DNA from: Obrimoposthia wandeli
Lineage: Eukaryota
NCBI GenBank assembly: GCA_977020255.1
Contig: CDROCS010002751.1
Coordinates: 124,001-188,000 of the forward strand
Direction: 5' to 3'
Length of the DNA stretch: 64,000 nucleotides
The position numbers were made by a program, and so were the translations under genes. Within the stretch, counting starts at the first letter, position 1; each line of letters opens with the position of its first letter. Shown in pieces: positions 20,170 to 32,005 of the stretch. The notes below the pieces were generated by a model. It did not search any database. It was not told where the DNA came from and was given only the letters and a program-made list of their open reading frames with translations.

Positions 20170-21579
20170 ATGGCAATAGTACAAAAAATACAATATAACA
20201 GTGACAATGAATATTTTGCAGGTTTCTTACAAAATATTATAGATGAGTCTTCTCTTCGTGGAAGTGTAATTCAGTCTAAAAACGAAATAACTTTAACGAT
20301 TGATGAAACAGATGAAAAAGGACTAGCTACTTTTAGTGAGCTTACTGCAAACTATTTACCACATTCATTATTTTTAGGTGAAATTAAAACAGTACAAGAA
20401 GATATTTCTGTATCTACATCAAAAACTGTTTCAGATAACTATGAAATATCTTTATGTTCACGATGTTTAGAGAACTTACAAGACCCAAGTAGTGAATACT
20501 ACTTAGATGATAATGTACTGTGTAATCATTACAATAATACAACAGTTGAACAAGTAATCGACTACAATACTTTTACTCCAAATTTTAGTGAAGGTTCTAC
20601 TTTATTAGTTGTAGATCCAACGAAAATAAGTGATCTTTTTATCATAACAAAAGATGAGTACAAAGCTTTATTTTCTATAGAAAAACCGACAATAAAAGTA
20701 ACAATAAAAGATCATGAGTTAAAAGAACTTACAGGTAAAAAGTTTATAAATATTAAATCAACATACAATATGAAAAGTACATTAGCAGCAACAAATGCAA
20801 AAGATAGTGAACTTTCATACATATTTTTTAATGACTTAAATCCATCAAAAGTAGTTGTAGTACAAAAAAACACTTCTATTATAAGAGACAATAAGTTTTC
20901 ACAAAAATTAGAAAATTTAAATGAAGACCCTATTTTAAATAGGTTTCTTAACATAGTAAAAGAAACACCAAATTCTAAAAATGCAATAGGTGCAAGCTTA
21001 AGTGCAAAAAATGGGATATCATTTACTGTACTAAACGAAGTAGCTAGTAAAAAAGTTATAAATTTTGATGAGTTTAAATTAAAAGAAGTATTATTAGAGA
21101 TGTTAAATGATCCTATTAGAAATAAACTCATCAAAAACTTTGCAAATAAATTTCCAGAAAAATATGAAGATTTAAAATCAAACGATTATGATATTTATGG
21201 AACTTTATGTGTGATATTAGATTTAAAAATAAAAAGCTTTGAGAGTTTAAGTGATAAGGCTTTAGAGTTTCATGGAAATGGTGGACTTAAAATAGATATG
21301 AATTTTAAAGATAATGGTTTTGACTATAGCTCACTTATTGGTTCTGTAATTAGTTTTAAGTTAGCTGATGTTGATACACATTATTTAGCGTATTCTATTT
21401 TTGAAGCATATGGAGATATGGCTATATCTACATTAAATCAATTAAAGAAAAAATTTAAAATAGATAACTTTGTAATGATGGGTGATATGTTTGAAAATAG
21501 TATTATCTATAGTAGAATTTTAAGTAAATTTCAATTATCAAAGCCATTCTTTTCTAAAGATATTGCATTTGACGATTAA
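20170..21579 (+). CDS. hydE: Hydrogenase accessory protein HydE (Campylobacterota type)
   Basis: Position between hydD and hypF; degenerate HypF-like C-terminus (FVMMGDMFEN); start taken at ATG 20170 (MAIVQK). Confidence 0.7.
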   Translation: MAIVQKIQYNSDNEYFAGFLQNIIDESSLRGSVIQSKNEITLTIDETDEKGLATFSELTANYLPHSLFLGEIKTVQEDISVSTSKTVSDNYEISLCSRCLENLQDPSSEYYLDDNVLCNHYNNTTVEQVIDYNTFTPNFSEGSTLLVVDPTKISDLFIITKDEYKALFSIEKPTIKVTIKDHELKELTGKKFINIKSTYNMKSTLAATNAKDSELSYIFFNDLNPSKVVVVQKNTSIIRDNKFSQKLENLNEDPILNRFLNIVKETPNSKNAIGASLSAKNGISFTVLNEVASKKVINFDEFKLKEVLLEMLNDPIRNKLIKNFANKFPEKYEDLKSNDYDIYGTLCVILDLKIKSFESLSDKALEFHGNGGLKIDMNFKDNGFDYSSLIGSVISFKLADVDTHYLAYSIFEAYGDMAISTLNQLKKKFKIDNFVMMGDMFENSIIYSRILSKFQLSKPFFSKDIAFDD

Positions 21580-21621
21580 TATAAATTTAGTAGTATATAA
21601 TAAATAAAAAATTGGGGTTAT

Positions 21622-23826
21622 ATGCTTAGATATCTTTATATTGTAACTGGCATCGTTCAAGGTGTTGGTTTCAGACCTTTCATATACAAACTAGCTCATA
21701 GATTAAATTTATTAGGTTTTGTTTTTAATGATTCGACTGGCGTGATTATTGAGCTTCAAGGAAATACTTCTAGTATAAAAGAGTTTGAGAAGTTAGTATA
21801 TATAGAATTACCTCCCTTAGCTAAAATAGACAAATTTTCTAAAAAGAAAATTGATATTAAAAGTTGTGAAGATTTTAAAATTATTGAAACTACACATAAT
21901 AGAATTAAAACTACTTTAGTGTCTCCTGATGTAAAAGTATGTGATGATTGTTTAGAAGATATAAAAAGTGATGGTAAATATAAAAACTATTTTGCAACTA
22001 ACTGTACAAACTGTGGCCCTAGATACAGTATAATAAAAACAGTACCTTATGATAGAAAAAATACAAGTATGCAAACATTTGAAATGTGCGACTCTTGTAA
22101 AAAAGACTATGAAAACCCACTCAATAGAAGATACCACGCACAACCAATCTCATGCAATTACTGTGGTCCTAAAATAAAACTTACTAGTAAGGATGGTCTT
22201 ATTTCAGATGTATCTGATGAGATATATTCTAAAACAGCAGATCTAATTAAAGATGGAAAAATACTTGCTATAAAAGGTATAGGAGGATTTCATTTAGTAT
22301 GTGATGCTTCAAATGATAGTGTAATACAAAAACTAAGAGAATATAAACATAGACCTTCAAAACCTTTTGCAGTTATGTGTAAAGATATAAATCAAGTAGA
22401 AAAGATAGTGAGTATTAACACAAAAGAAAAAGAACTACTTAACTCAAAAGAAGCACCAGTTGTTGTATGTGATAAGCAGTATGGCCAAGATGCCATCATT
22501 AGCCAATACATAGCCCCAGAAATAAATAGAGTAGGATGCTTTTTACCATATACTCCTTTACATCATTTGTTATTTGAATATCTTGAAAATCCTATAGTAG
22601 CTACGAGTGCAAATTTAAGTGGTGAACCTATTATTACTACAAAAGAAAATATCATCAAAAAACTTCCATTTGTAGAGTATGTATTGGATTTTAATAGAGA
22701 TATAGAAAATGCTAATGATGATAGTGTTGTTCAAGTCATTGATGATAATATTCAGCTTTTACGAGCAGGACGTGGATATACACCAAAAGTAATAAAACTA
22801 AAAAAGAAAATAGCTCAAAAGATTTTGGCAGTTGGTGCAAATGCTAAAAATACTATATCTATAGCTTTTGATGATACTTTGATTGTGAGTCCTTACATTG
22901 GGGATTTAGATTCGATTGTTTCTTTTGAGTATTTCCTTAGAACAATTGAAACATTTAAAAAGTTTTATGATTTTGAACCAGATGTAATAATCCATGATAA
23001 ACATCCAGGATATGAAACAACAAAATGGGCTAAACAACAAAATATAAAGTTGTTATCAGTTCAACACCATTTAGCTCATATCTATGCCACAAAAGCAGAA
23101 TATCATCTTGAAAATAAAGAGTATGTAGGGTTTAGTTTTGATGGAACTGGATATGGAGATGAGGACACTTTATGGGGTGGAGAAGTTTTTGTAAATGATG
23201 AAAGAAAATATCATTTTAAAACTATAAAACTTTTAGGTGGTGCTAAAGCGATAAAAGAACCTCGAAGAGTTGCACTATCTATGTTATTTGATAGATATAC
23301 TTTAGATGAGGTATTAAAACTTGATTTAGAAGCAGTAAAAAGTTTTAAAGAACATGAGCTAAAAATACTTTATAATAGTTACACAAAAAATTTAAATGCC
23401 CCATTAAGTAGTTCAGTGGGAAGAATTTTTGATGCGATTGCTAGTTTAGCAGGAGTACTACAAATACAAAGTTACGAAGGTGAAGCTGGACTATTGTGCG
23501 AACAATCATACAGTAAAAATGAAAACTCCTTTGAATATACAATAAAAGATGGAGTGATTTACATAGAGTATGACTTTTTTGTTAAAGATATTATAACAAG
23601 GTTTATAAATACATTAGTGAATATTATTTTGCATATATCTAAACTAGAAAAAAAAGATGTTATTTTAAGTGGTGGTGTTTTTCAAAATAAAACTTTACTA
23701 ACTTTGGTAATTGAAAAACTATCACAAGAGAATATTATTTACTATTATCAACAGCAAACACCTATAAACGATAGCAGTATCTCTCTTGGACAAAACTACT
23801 ATGCTATTACAAAAGGATATATCTAA
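21622..23826 (+). CDS. hypF: Carbamoyltransferase HypF
   Basis: [10 protein letters not shown] acylphosphatase domain, two zinc fingers ([22 protein letters not shown]), HDKHP, DGTGYG. Confidence 0.95.
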   Translation: MLRYLYIVTGIVQGVGFRPFIYKLAHRLNLLGFVFNDSTGVIIELQGNTSSIKEFEKLVYIELPPLAKIDKFSKKKIDIKSCEDFKIIETTHNRIKTTLVSPDVKVCDDCLEDIKSDGKYKNYFATNCTNCGPRYSIIKTVPYDRKNTSMQTFEMCDSCKKDYENPLNRRYHAQPISCNYCGPKIKLTSKDGLISDVSDEIYSKTADLIKDGKILAIKGIGGFHLVCDASNDSVIQKLREYKHRPSKPFAVMCKDINQVEKIVSINTKEKELLNSKEAPVVVCDKQYGQDAIISQYIAPEINRVGCFLPYTPLHHLLFEYLENPIVATSANLSGEPIITTKENIIKKLPFVEYVLDFNRDIENANDDSVVQVIDDNIQLLRAGRGYTPKVIKLKKKIAQKILAVGANAKNTISIAFDDTLIVSPYIGDLDSIVSFEYFLRTIETFKKFYDFEPDVIIHDKHPGYETTKWAKQQNIKLLSVQHHLAHIYATKAEYHLENKEYVGFSFDGTGYGDEDTLWGGEVFVNDERKYHFKTIKLLGGAKAIKEPRRVALSMLFDRYTLDEVLKLDLEAVKSFKEHELKILYNSYTKNLNAPLSSSVGRIFDAIASLAGVLQIQSYEGEAGLLCEQSYSKNENSFEYTIKDGVIYIEYDFFVKDIITRFINTLVNIILHISKLEKKDVILSGGVFQNKTLLTLVIEKLSQENIIYYYQQQTPINDSSISLGQNYYAITKGYI

Positions 23827-25376
23827 ATATCTTCTTTTGCTTGAATAGTATCTTTCCCTATAAATTCTTTTTCATCAGTATTTGATACAATGAGTTTTGC
23901 AATATTATCAGTTTGAATTGCAATACTATTTGTATCACCTGCAATTGTTGCATTTTGTTGTGTTTTTTGGTCTAAAGAACTGATTGCATCATTTATTTGT
24001 ACAATTCCATATTGTTGCTTTTTCGATGAACTTTCTATGTTAGATATTAATTCAATTGTTTTTGAAATATTTTCATTTAACAGTTGGTATCCACCTATCA
24101 TATTGTGAGCAATTTTCTTACCATCATTTGCTTTTGATTTTGCATTTTCAACAAGATTTTTAATTTCATTAGCAGCCTCTGCGCTTCTACTTGCAAGGTT
24201 TCTTACTTCTTGGGCAACTACAGCAAAACCTTTACCTGCTTCTCCTGCACTTGCTGCTTCTACTGCTGCATTTAAAGATAAAATATTTGTTTGGAATGAT
24301 ATTTGATCAATGATAGTAATGGCTTCACTAATCGATGACACTTCAGTATTTATATCTTCCATAGATTTTGTTGTTTGATTTGCAAGTTGATGTCCAGCGT
24401 TCACTGATTTTGTTACTTCAGCGGCATAATTGGACATCTCAATGATATTTGTATTTGTTTCTGAAATATTTGCAGTTACTTCTTCAATTGCAGCCGCAGT
24501 TTCCTCTAGAGATGCTGCAGCTTCATTAGAGTTTTTATTTAGAATAGTTACGTTTTTACGTAATAAATTACTACTTTGATCTAGTGTTAATCCATTTGAT
24601 TTATTTTCTATGAGCATTGAAGTAATAGACTCTCCTAAGAAATTTGTACCATCACTTAACCTTTTTAGATATCCATGTAACGAGTCGTTATCAACTTTAG
24701 TGATGTAGTTATATTGTGAATAACTATCTAAAACAGACAGTATCTGATCCATATTAACTTGTAACTTTTCTGCAAAAGCATTGAGAGAATCTACTGAGTG
24801 ATTAATTCTTTGATTAGATGCTCTTAGGTTAATCCTAACTGAAAAATCTCCATCTTCCATCTGTTCACAAAATGACATAATTTCTCCATAAACTCCTAAA
24901 TCTAGTTTTAAATTCAGTTTACAATTATCAATATTTTTATTGATAGATGTATATATTATTCCAAATTCATCATTGCTAATTACATCAAATGGAGTAGTGG
25001 AGCTTTTCTCTCTATTTAAAAATAAAAAGAAATGATCTAATCCCTCTTTTAAAATATCCAATGGTTTTAATACTGATTTATTAATTATAATCATCAATGC
25101 AATTAAAAGTGATATAACTAAAACTATCATAATTAATATGGATATATTTATAATTTGATTTGTTGTTGATTGTAAAGCAGATTCTATTTCATCTTTATTT
25201 TTTACAAAATTCTCATGATCTTTTGAATCAAGACTTTTTTCTAATTGGTGATATACAGTTTTTTCTATATTTTGAGCATAAGTATCTAATGCAACAAAAG
25301 AGATAATAATTGTAACTGTCGAAATTAAAATAATATAAAAAGCTAATTTTTTTCGTAATAACATATTATTAATCAT
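23823..25376 (-). CDS. Methyl-accepting chemotaxis protein without a large sensor domain (CetA-like)
   Basis: Two TM segments with a short loop, HAMP, signalling domain [34 protein letters not shown]. Confidence 0.9.
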   Translation of the reverse strand: MINNMLLRKKLAFYIILISTVTIIISFVALDTYAQNIEKTVYHQLEKSLDSKDHENFVKNKDEIESALQSTTNQIINISILIMIVLVISLLIALMIIINKSVLKPLDILKEGLDHFFLFLNREKSSTTPFDVISNDEFGIIYTSINKNIDNCKLNLKLDLGVYGEIMSFCEQMEDGDFSVRINLRASNQRINHSVDSLNAFAEKLQVNMDQILSVLDSYSQYNYITKVDNDSLHGYLKRLSDGTNFLGESITSMLIENKSNGLTLDQSSNLLRKNVTILNKNSNEAAASLEETAAAIEEVTANISETNTNIIEMSNYAAEVTKSVNAGHQLANQTTKSMEDINTEVSSISEAITIIDQISFQTNILSLNAAVEAASAGEAGKGFAVVAQEVRNLASRSAEAANEIKNLVENAKSKANDGKKIAHNMIGGYQLLNENISKTIELISNIESSSKKQQYGIVQINDAISSLDQKTQQNATIAGDTNSIAIQTDNIAKLIVSNTDEKEFIGKDTIQAKEDI

Positions 25377-25384
25377 AGTAATCC

Positions 25385-25783
25385 TTAGTTGAATGTTTCG
25401 TATAACTCAAGAGCTTCTTTTACTTCTTGTTTTGACGGTTTATCTCTAACGGAAATATATTTAATCGTGCCATCACTTGCTAGAGAAGGATAAACTGATG
25501 CTTTTACCCAATAATATCCACCTGATTTGGTTTTATTTACAACGATACCTTCCCAAATTTCTCCTTGTTGCACTTTTGACCATAAGTCTTTAAATGCAAC
25601 TGACGGCATAAAGGGATGTCGAATTAAATTATGTGGTTGACCAACTAATTCTTCTTTTGTATAACCAGCAATTGCACAGAAATCTTTACTAGCAAACCTA
25701 ATAATACCTTTGTTGTCTGTTTCGGTTACAATCATATTTCCAGTAGTGAGTTTAATTTCTTTGTTTCCAAGATTTATTGACAT
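25385..25783 (-). CDS. Stand-alone Aer-type PAS protein (CetB-like)
   Basis: [19 protein letters not shown]...[15 protein letters not shown]...F..LW...W.G.V.N..K.G.YYWV pattern. Confidence 0.85.
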   Translation of the reverse strand: MSINLGNKEIKLTTGNMIVTETDNKGIIRFASKDFCAIAGYTKEELVGQPHNLIRHPFMPSVAFKDLWSKVQQGEIWEGIVVNKTKSGGYYWVKASVYPSLASDGTIKYISVRDKPSKQEVKEALELYETFN

Positions 25784-25886
25784 ATCATCTCCTTTTTCAT
25801 ATTAGAAATCATAACATAAGTATGTCTTGGAAAAATCTCAGCTTGAAATAAAAGAATTTTGAGGGGTAATAGAAGTATATTTAAGA

Positions 25887-25910
25887 ATAAAAAGGAAAGT
25901 TCCTTTTTAT
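25887..25910 (-). terminator. Terminator-like hairpin at the end of the Cache MCP
   Basis: ATAAAAAGGAA-AG-TTCCTTTTTAT inverted repeat overlapping the stop codon. Confidence 0.55.
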
Positions 25911-27799
25911 TTATGCGAGACAAGTTCTTCTGCCATAGATTTGATGCCATTTGATAGTTCTTTCACATTTGTTGCTTCATTTGCATTTTCTTGAGTCATG
26001 CTATCTAAAACTGAAACAGAGTGGTTTATTTGTTCAATACCAGATATTTGTTCTTTTGAAGCATTTGAAACATTTTGTATGATTTTTATTGTTTCTTCCA
26101 TATTTGATTTTAATTCAGAATATCCTTCAATCATAGAAGCAGTTATTTTTTTTCCTTCTATTGATTGTGCGCTTGCAGATTCAACTAAGTCTTTAATATC
26201 TTTCGCAGCTTCTGCTGATCTTGATGCAAGGTTTCTTACTTCTTGCGCAACAACAGCAAAACCTTTTCCAGCTTCACCAGCAGTTGCAGCTTCAACTGCT
26301 GCATTCAGACTTAATATATTTGTTTGAAAGGAGATTTGATCTATTGCGTTGATTGATTCAAGAATGGCTGAAACTTTTTCATTGATTTGTTCCATTGAAG
26401 TAGCTGTATCATTTGCTAAAGTATTTCCTTTTGCTACTGATTCTTGAACATTTTTTCCAAGTTTTGACATCTCTGTAGCATTGTTTGATGTATCTCTTGT
26501 AAGAGATGTTATCTCTTCTAATGAAGCTGAAACTTCTTCTAATGAAGCAGCTTGCTCATTTGCTTTTGTTGCTAAGTTTTCCATTGAATGAGTCATAATA
26601 TTAGAGTTTTTTTCTAAAAGTTTTCCATTTTTTAAATTTGTTTCCTCATTTATTTCCAATACTTCACCCAAAGTATTTACACCACTCATAACAGCTAACA
26701 TATTTTCTTTTAATTTAGCATCTATTTTGATTCTTGGTGAAAAGTCTTCTTTTGAATAAGATTGTAATGTATTTTCAATAGTATTCATATTATCATTTAA
26801 CACAGATAATAAAGAATTTAAAGAAGTTTTTAATGTCATAATCATTGGATTCTGACTGCTAGAATTAACTCTACATCTGTAAATACCTTGTTCAACTTTT
26901 GCAGCAATAAGTACAACTTCTCCCATTACTTTTACATCACTTTTTAGTTTAGCATCAAATTTAAGTGCTGTTTCATTCAACATCACCATCAAGTCAGTGA
27001 TTTCATTTTTGTGTTTTATTTCCACTTGTGTAAATTTATTATCTTCCATAGAAATAAATCGTAAAAAGTTATTAAAATATTTTTTAAACTTTGATAAAGA
27101 ATCATTGATTAATTTATTGAAAGTATAAACAGTTATTAAATAAGCCAAGAATAATATAGCTAATGTAATAAAAATAAGAATTGTTGTAGTTTTTACAATT
27201 TCATGATCTGCACTTTCTTTTAAAGTCACAATGTCTTTTTCTACATCATCTACATAACTTCCTGTTCCGATTATCCAACCCCAAGGTTTGAATTTTTGTA
27301 CATAAGAAAATTTTTCTTTTGCTTCTGGTTCATTTGGTTTTGGCCAGAAATAAGCTACTTTTCCCCCTTCATCAGATGAGTTTGCCATTTTGTTCATAGC
27401 AACAAATAGAGGTTTACCTTTTGTATCTTTTACATTGTTCAGTGCTTTTCCATTTAATGATGGTTTAATAGGATGCATAACCATTTTTAAATCTGTATTA
27501 TGGATCCAGAAATAACCATTTTGACCATATCTAATTTTATTGATCTCTTGAAGAGCCAATTCTTTTTTATTTGGATTATTACTTTTATAGTGATGTTCTA
27601 CAATACTCATTGCTATTTGAATACTATGTTGTAGTTCCATAGTTTTATCATTGTATTTGGATTGAGAAAATTTTTCTATATCACTTTTGGATAGTTCATG
27701 TAGAGAATAAATAGAAAGTATAGATAAGAATGTTGCGATAACAAATATAATACTTGAAAAAATAATTATAAATTTATACTTGATGGAAATGTTGTTCAT
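25907..27799 (-). CDS. Methyl-accepting chemotaxis protein with Cache_2 (sCache) sensor
   Basis: [11 protein letters not shown]...MVMHP, YFWPKP...[16 protein letters not shown]; MCP signalling domain. Confidence 0.92.
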   Translation of the reverse strand: MNNISIKYKFIIIFSSIIFVIATFLSILSIYSLHELSKSDIEKFSQSKYNDKTMELQHSIQIAMSIVEHHYKSNNPNKKELALQEINKIRYGQNGYFWIHNTDLKMVMHPIKPSLNGKALNNVKDTKGKPLFVAMNKMANSSDEGGKVAYFWPKPNEPEAKEKFSYVQKFKPWGWIIGTGSYVDDVEKDIVTLKESADHEIVKTTTILIFITLAILFLAYLITVYTFNKLINDSLSKFKKYFNNFLRFISMEDNKFTQVEIKHKNEITDLMVMLNETALKFDAKLKSDVKVMGEVVLIAAKVEQGIYRCRVNSSSQNPMIMTLKTSLNSLLSVLNDNMNTIENTLQSYSKEDFSPRIKIDAKLKENMLAVMSGVNTLGEVLEINEETNLKNGKLLEKNSNIMTHSMENLATKANEQAASLEEVSASLEEITSLTRDTSNNATEMSKLGKNVQESVAKGNTLANDTATSMEQINEKVSAILESINAIDQISFQTNILSLNAAVEAATAGEAGKGFAVVAQEVRNLASRSAEAAKDIKDLVESASAQSIEGKKITASMIEGYSELKSNMEETIKIIQNVSNASKEQISGIEQINHSVSVLDSMTQENANEATNVKELSNGIKSMAEELVSHK

Positions 27800-27807
27800 T
27801 AATAGAC

Positions 27808-27867
27808 CTTTATGATAATACTACTAACATATTATCATAAAGAAGATTATTATTTTATAATAATCTT
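27808..27867. repeat. Two abutting perfect inverted repeats upstream of the Cache MCP
   Basis: CTTTATGATAATA-N9-TATTATCATAAAG (27808-27842) and AAGATTATTAT-TTT-ATAATAATCTT (27843-27867). Confidence 0.85.
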
Positions 27868-27979
27868 ATTCAGTTTCACTGTCATAAAAAACAGTAACTT
27901 GACCAGATGCTATTCCCTATACAGGTTCTTTTTAGGAAGTTACAATCCTATCCCTAGAAAGCTTCTTGGGATATTTAAA

Positions 27980-29245
27980 TTATGCGCTAAATGCAGTTTC
28001 TAAATCTGCAATAAGGTCAGAAGCATCTTCAAGACCAATACTTAATCTGATTAGTCCTTCAGTAATCCCAATCTCTTTTTGCTCATCAAGTGGAATTTGT
28101 GAATGTGTTGTAGTCGATGGATGAGTGATAATAGATTTTGAATCACCGATATTAACAACGATTGAAAATAATTTTGTATTATCAAGAATTTTCCATGCTG
28201 TATCTTTATCTGCAACTTCAAAACTTAATAGTCCACTACATAAACCACCTTTGAAATATTTGTTTGCTAATGCATTGTATTTGTTAGACTTTAATCCTGG
28301 GTAGTTTAAGTTAAATACTTCAGATTTAGATTCTAAATATGCAGCAACTTTTTGTGTATTTGCACTATGTTTTTCCATTCTTAAAGATAAAGTCTCAAGA
28401 CTTTGAATCAATAACCAAGAGTTAAATGGAGATGGAGTAGCTCCAATATCTCTTAATAATGCAAGTCTAATTCTAAGATTAAAAGCAGGGAATGGTAAAT
28501 CAGTATAAACTAAGCCATGGTAACTTTCATCTGGAGTATTAAAATGTGCATATCTAGGATTATCTTTAAAGAATTCTGTTAAACCATCTCTATCAATAAT
28601 AGCTCCACCTAAAGCAAGACCTTGTCCTGACATATATTTACTACAACTATGTACAACAATATCTGTACCATGTGCAATAGGGTTTACTAAGTATGGAGTT
28701 GCCACTGTATTATCACAAATAGAGATAATTCCGTGTTTTTTAGAAATGCTAGAAATAGCATCTATATCAGCAACCGCAATTTGAGGATTTGATAATGATT
28801 CAAAAAAGATTGCTTTTGTTTTATCATCAACTAATGCTTCGATCGATGAAGGTTCGTCAATATTAAAAAATCTAGCTTCTAAACCAAACCTCTTCATTGT
28901 ATGTTTAAATAATGTAACACTTCCACCATAAACTTTATCAGAAACAATAATATTATCTCCAGATTCAAAAAGGTTGGCAACGGCATAAAAAATTGCAGCT
29001 TGTCCACTTGATGTAGCAATAGCACTTGCTCCACCTTCAAGTTCAGCTAATCTAGCTTCTAAGATAGCTGTTGTAGGATTTGTTAATCTTGTATAAATAT
29101 TTCCTAAATCTTGCAAAGCAAATCTATCAGATGCTTGTTGTGCACTTTCAAAAGCGAATGCTGTTGTTTGATAAATTGGTACAGCCATTGTTCCTTGAGA
29201 GTCTTTGTCATATCCTGCGTGTATTGCTAAAGTTTCTTTATTCAT
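27980..29245 (-). CDS. metY: O-acetylhomoserine aminocarboxypropyltransferase/sulfhydrylase
   Basis: PIYQTTAF, YTRLTNPT, SSGQAA, HSCSKY, IGDSKS, IRLSIGLE motifs. Confidence 0.9.
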   Translation of the reverse strand: MNKETLAIHAGYDKDSQGTMAVPIYQTTAFAFESAQQASDRFALQDLGNIYTRLTNPTTAILEARLAELEGGASAIATSSGQAAIFYAVANLFESGDNIIVSDKVYGGSVTLFKHTMKRFGLEARFFNIDEPSSIEALVDDKTKAIFFESLSNPQIAVADIDAISSISKKHGIISICDNTVATPYLVNPIAHGTDIVVHSCSKYMSGQGLALGGAIIDRDGLTEFFKDNPRYAHFNTPDESYHGLVYTDLPFPAFNLRIRLALLRDIGATPSPFNSWLLIQSLETLSLRMEKHSANTQKVAAYLESKSEVFNLNYPGLKSNKYNALANKYFKGGLCSGLLSFEVADKDTAWKILDNTKLFSIVVNIGDSKSIITHPSTTTHSQIPLDEQKEIGITEGLIRLSIGLEDASDLIADLETAFSA

Positions 29246-30573
29246 GATTTTTCCTTTTTTAATTGTTTTACTGATTTTCTTAATGCATCTATTAAGTATT
29301 TTATATTCTCTTTGCTATGTGTATAGTTTAGACTAATTCGTAACCAACTTGGTTTTTCTTTTTCAGCATTACTTTCTGATATACCAAATAAGTCTTGTCC
29401 ATAAGGTCCCGCACAGCTACAGCCTGCTCTTGTTTGAATACCATACTCTAAAGATAGTTTCTCACATAACTCAAATGGGGTTACCCCAATGAAGTTAATT
29501 GCAATGATACCGATACTATCATGGATATCAGTTTGTCCATATATGATGTGGTCATCTAGTTTTGCAAGTTCCTCTTCAAGATATCTAAAAGTTACCGATT
29601 TACGGGCCTGAATTCTATCAAGACCTAGTTCATATCTTAATTGATATGCAAACGATGCTTTAATAAGTTGTAGAATCGGTGGTGTTCCTGCATCTTCTCT
29701 TACTTCAATATCACTATTAAAGAAATGCTCATCTTTTGATACATAAGCAACAGTTCCTCCACCTGCAAAAGTAGGTGAAAGTTCATTGTCTATAAGTGAT
29801 CTTCTTATTGCTAATAAACCACAAGTACCAGGTCCACCTAATAATTTATGTGGAGATAAGAATAATGCATCAAATAGTTCACTATCTGGGCTCATACATG
29901 GAGATGATGCTGCACTATCAAATGCAACAATAGCATTGTATTGTCTTAATAGTTTCGAAATTTGTTGATAAGGTGAAACTATCCCTGTTACATTTGAAGC
30001 TGTTGAAAAAGCTCCAATGATTTCTCGTTCACTATTTTCTTTTAATGTTTTTTCTAAAAAGTCTAAATCTACATTTCCCGATACATTAAGTGGTATTCTA
30101 ATAATATCACATAGTGCTTCTCTATAACTGATTTCATTTGAATGGTGCTCAAATGGTCCAACTAACACAAGAGGTTTTTCTAAATCATCTATATTAATAT
30201 TAAATCTATGTTTTGTAGCTGGGGGAATGTAGAGTCCAAGTAGTTCTTGAAATTTTTTAATTGCACCAGTAGCTCCTGATCCACATGGGAAAATAACAAA
30301 ATCACTTGTTAATCCAAGATATTTTTTTAGGTTTTCTCTTGCAATATCATAGTTAAATGATGTTGCTTTTGCATTTCCTGCAAATTCTGAATGAGTATTT
30401 GCATAAGTATTTAAAACTTCTTGTAATCTCTCTTCAATAGGTCTATAAGCCAGTCCTGAAGCAGTATAGTCAAAGTAGCTGTCTTTATTTTCACCAATTA
30501 TACCATCGCTAATTTCTTCAAATGTAGTGTTTTCTGTTACAAATGGTCTAAAAATTTCATTGTTTATTTTCAT
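29242..30573 (-). CDS. Class V PLP aminotransferase / cysteine desulfurase-like protein
   Basis: YFDYTASG, EHHSNE, SPHKLLGG, RAGCSCAG motifs. Confidence 0.85.
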   Translation of the reverse strand: MKINNEIFRPFVTENTTFEEISDGIIGENKDSYFDYTASGLAYRPIEERLQEVLNTYANTHSEFAGNAKATSFNYDIARENLKKYLGLTSDFVIFPCGSGATGAIKKFQELLGLYIPPATKHRFNINIDDLEKPLVLVGPFEHHSNEISYREALCDIIRIPLNVSGNVDLDFLEKTLKENSEREIIGAFSTASNVTGIVSPYQQISKLLRQYNAIVAFDSAASSPCMSPDSELFDALFLSPHKLLGGPGTCGLLAIRRSLIDNELSPTFAGGGTVAYVSKDEHFFNSDIEVREDAGTPPILQLIKASFAYQLRYELGLDRIQARKSVTFRYLEEELAKLDDHIIYGQTDIHDSIGIIAINFIGVTPFELCEKLSLEYGIQTRAGCSCAGPYGQDLFGISESNAEKEKPSWLRISLNYTHSKENIKYLIDALRKSVKQLKKEKS

Positions 30574-30599
30574 TGTTTACCCTTCTTTAGGTACGAACC

Positions 30600-31520
30600 C
30601 TATGAATATAGAGTCGTACTTAAATATCTTTCTCCTGTATCACAAAGTATTGTGATAATTGTTTTACCTTTGTTTTCAGGTCGTGATGCTACTTGTGTAG
30701 CTGCGAATAAGTTTGCTCCTGCTGATATACCTACTAGTAAACCATCAGTTTTTGCTAACTCTTTTGATGTTGCAAATGCATCTGCATCTGTTACTGCAAT
30801 TACTTCATCAAAAATATCAGTATTTAGAACTGTAGGAACGAATCCTGCTCCAATACCTTGTATTTTATGTGGTCCTGGTGCCCCACCTACTAATACAGGT
30901 GAATTCTCAGGTTCAACTGCAACTACATGTACATTTGGATTGTGTTTTTTAATTACTTCAGAAATACCAGTTATTGATCCACCAGTACCCACTGCTGCAA
31001 CGATAATATCAACTTTCCCATCTGTATCTGCTAGAATTTCTAAAGCAGTAGTTTGTCTATGTGCTTCAGGATTTGCTGGGTTATTGAACTGTTGAGGCAT
31101 AAAGCTGTTTGGCATTGTTTCATTAATTTCAGCTGCTCTCTCAATAGCACCTTTCATTCCAAGTGCTGCTGGAGTTAAATCTAAAGTTGCTCCAAGTGCA
31201 CCTAAAAGTTGTCTTCTTTCTAAACTCATAGATTCAGGCATTGTAAGAATTAATTCAATTCCTTTAGCCGCACATACCATAGCAAGACCAATCCCAGTGT
31301 TACCACTTGTAGGTTCTACAACAACAGTATCTTTTGTTATTTTTCCATCTTTGATACCAGTTTCAATCATCGCTAAAGCAATTCTATCTTTTACTGAGCT
31401 TGTTGGGTTCATAAATTCACATTTACCTAAAATTTCAGTACCAGTTTCGTTCGAAAGTTTATTTATTCTAACTAGTGGTGTATTTCCAATTAATTGTGTT
31501 ACATCTTTTGCAATTTTCAT
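30600..31520 (-). CDS. cysK: Cysteine synthase A
   Basis: IGNTPLV, SSVKDRIA, EPTSGNTGIG, GTGG, HKIQGIGAGF motifs. Confidence 0.95.
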   Translation of the reverse strand: MKIAKDVTQLIGNTPLVRINKLSNETGTEILGKCEFMNPTSSVKDRIALAMIETGIKDGKITKDTVVVEPTSGNTGIGLAMVCAAKGIELILTMPESMSLERRQLLGALGATLDLTPAALGMKGAIERAAEINETMPNSFMPQQFNNPANPEAHRQTTALEILADTDGKVDIIVAAVGTGGSITGISEVIKKHNPNVHVVAVEPENSPVLVGGAPGPHKIQGIGAGFVPTVLNTDIFDEVIAVTDADAFATSKELAKTDGLLVGISAGANLFAATQVASRPENKGKTIITILCDTGERYLSTTLYS

Positions 31521-31533
31521 TTTTCTTTCCTTT

Positions 31534-31947
31534 TTATATATAATATACTAAATTATCTGATTTTTTATCTAAAAATTCTTCCAGTTCCGTTATTGTAAGC
31601 ATAAAAATCTTTTCAATCTTTTTTTGAGTATCTTCCCAAAAGTGTTGTAATAAATCTGTTTTTGTCTTACCGTCAGTATGGGCTAAACAACATTCTAATG
31701 AACTTAAAACTTCAAAAACCGTAATTTTATTTGCGTCTTTTAATAGTTTATACCCACCATTTGCTCCTCTAATACTTTCAACTAGTCCACTTTTTTTTAA
31801 AGTAACAAGTATCTGTTCAAGATAATTTTGAGGTATTTCACCTCTAGCAGCAATCTCTTTTATTTGTAGCAAATCTTTATTTTTTTCTTTTGCTAAAATT
31901 AATATTGCTGTTAATCCATAAACGCCTTTTGTAGATACAATTGCCAT
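31534..31947 (-). CDS. Rrf2 family regulator (CymR-like, lacks the IscR three-Cys motif)
   Basis: STKGVYGL, IPQNYLEQIL..LKK.GLVES.RG..GGY; start corrected to ATG 31947 after an AAGAGG RBS. Confidence 0.9.
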   Translation of the reverse strand: MAIVSTKGVYGLTAILILAKEKNKDLLQIKEIAARGEIPQNYLEQILVTLKKSGLVESIRGANGGYKLLKDANKITVFEVLSSLECCLAHTDGKTKTDLLQHFWEDTQKKIEKIFMLTITELEEFLDKKSDNLVYYI

Positions 31948-31976
31948 TTTAAATCCTCTTTTTTTAACTATGTAGA

Positions 31977-32005
31977 ATGATAGCAAATTTAAAATATTAA
32001 GTCAA
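31977..32005 (-). promoter_or_regulatory. sigma70 promoter of rrf2-cysK operon
   Basis: Minus strand TTGACT-N17-TATCAT. Confidence 0.65.

Noticed and set aside
24120-26345. Repeated DNA between 24120-24310 and 26160-26345
   Set aside because: Explained by the conserved signalling domain of two MCP paralogues, not a mobile repeat
27901-27930. TPP-riboswitch-like words (GAACCTG, AGGGAA) on the minus strand
   Set aside because: Spacing is too short, and the CUGAGA and P2/P3 elements are absent
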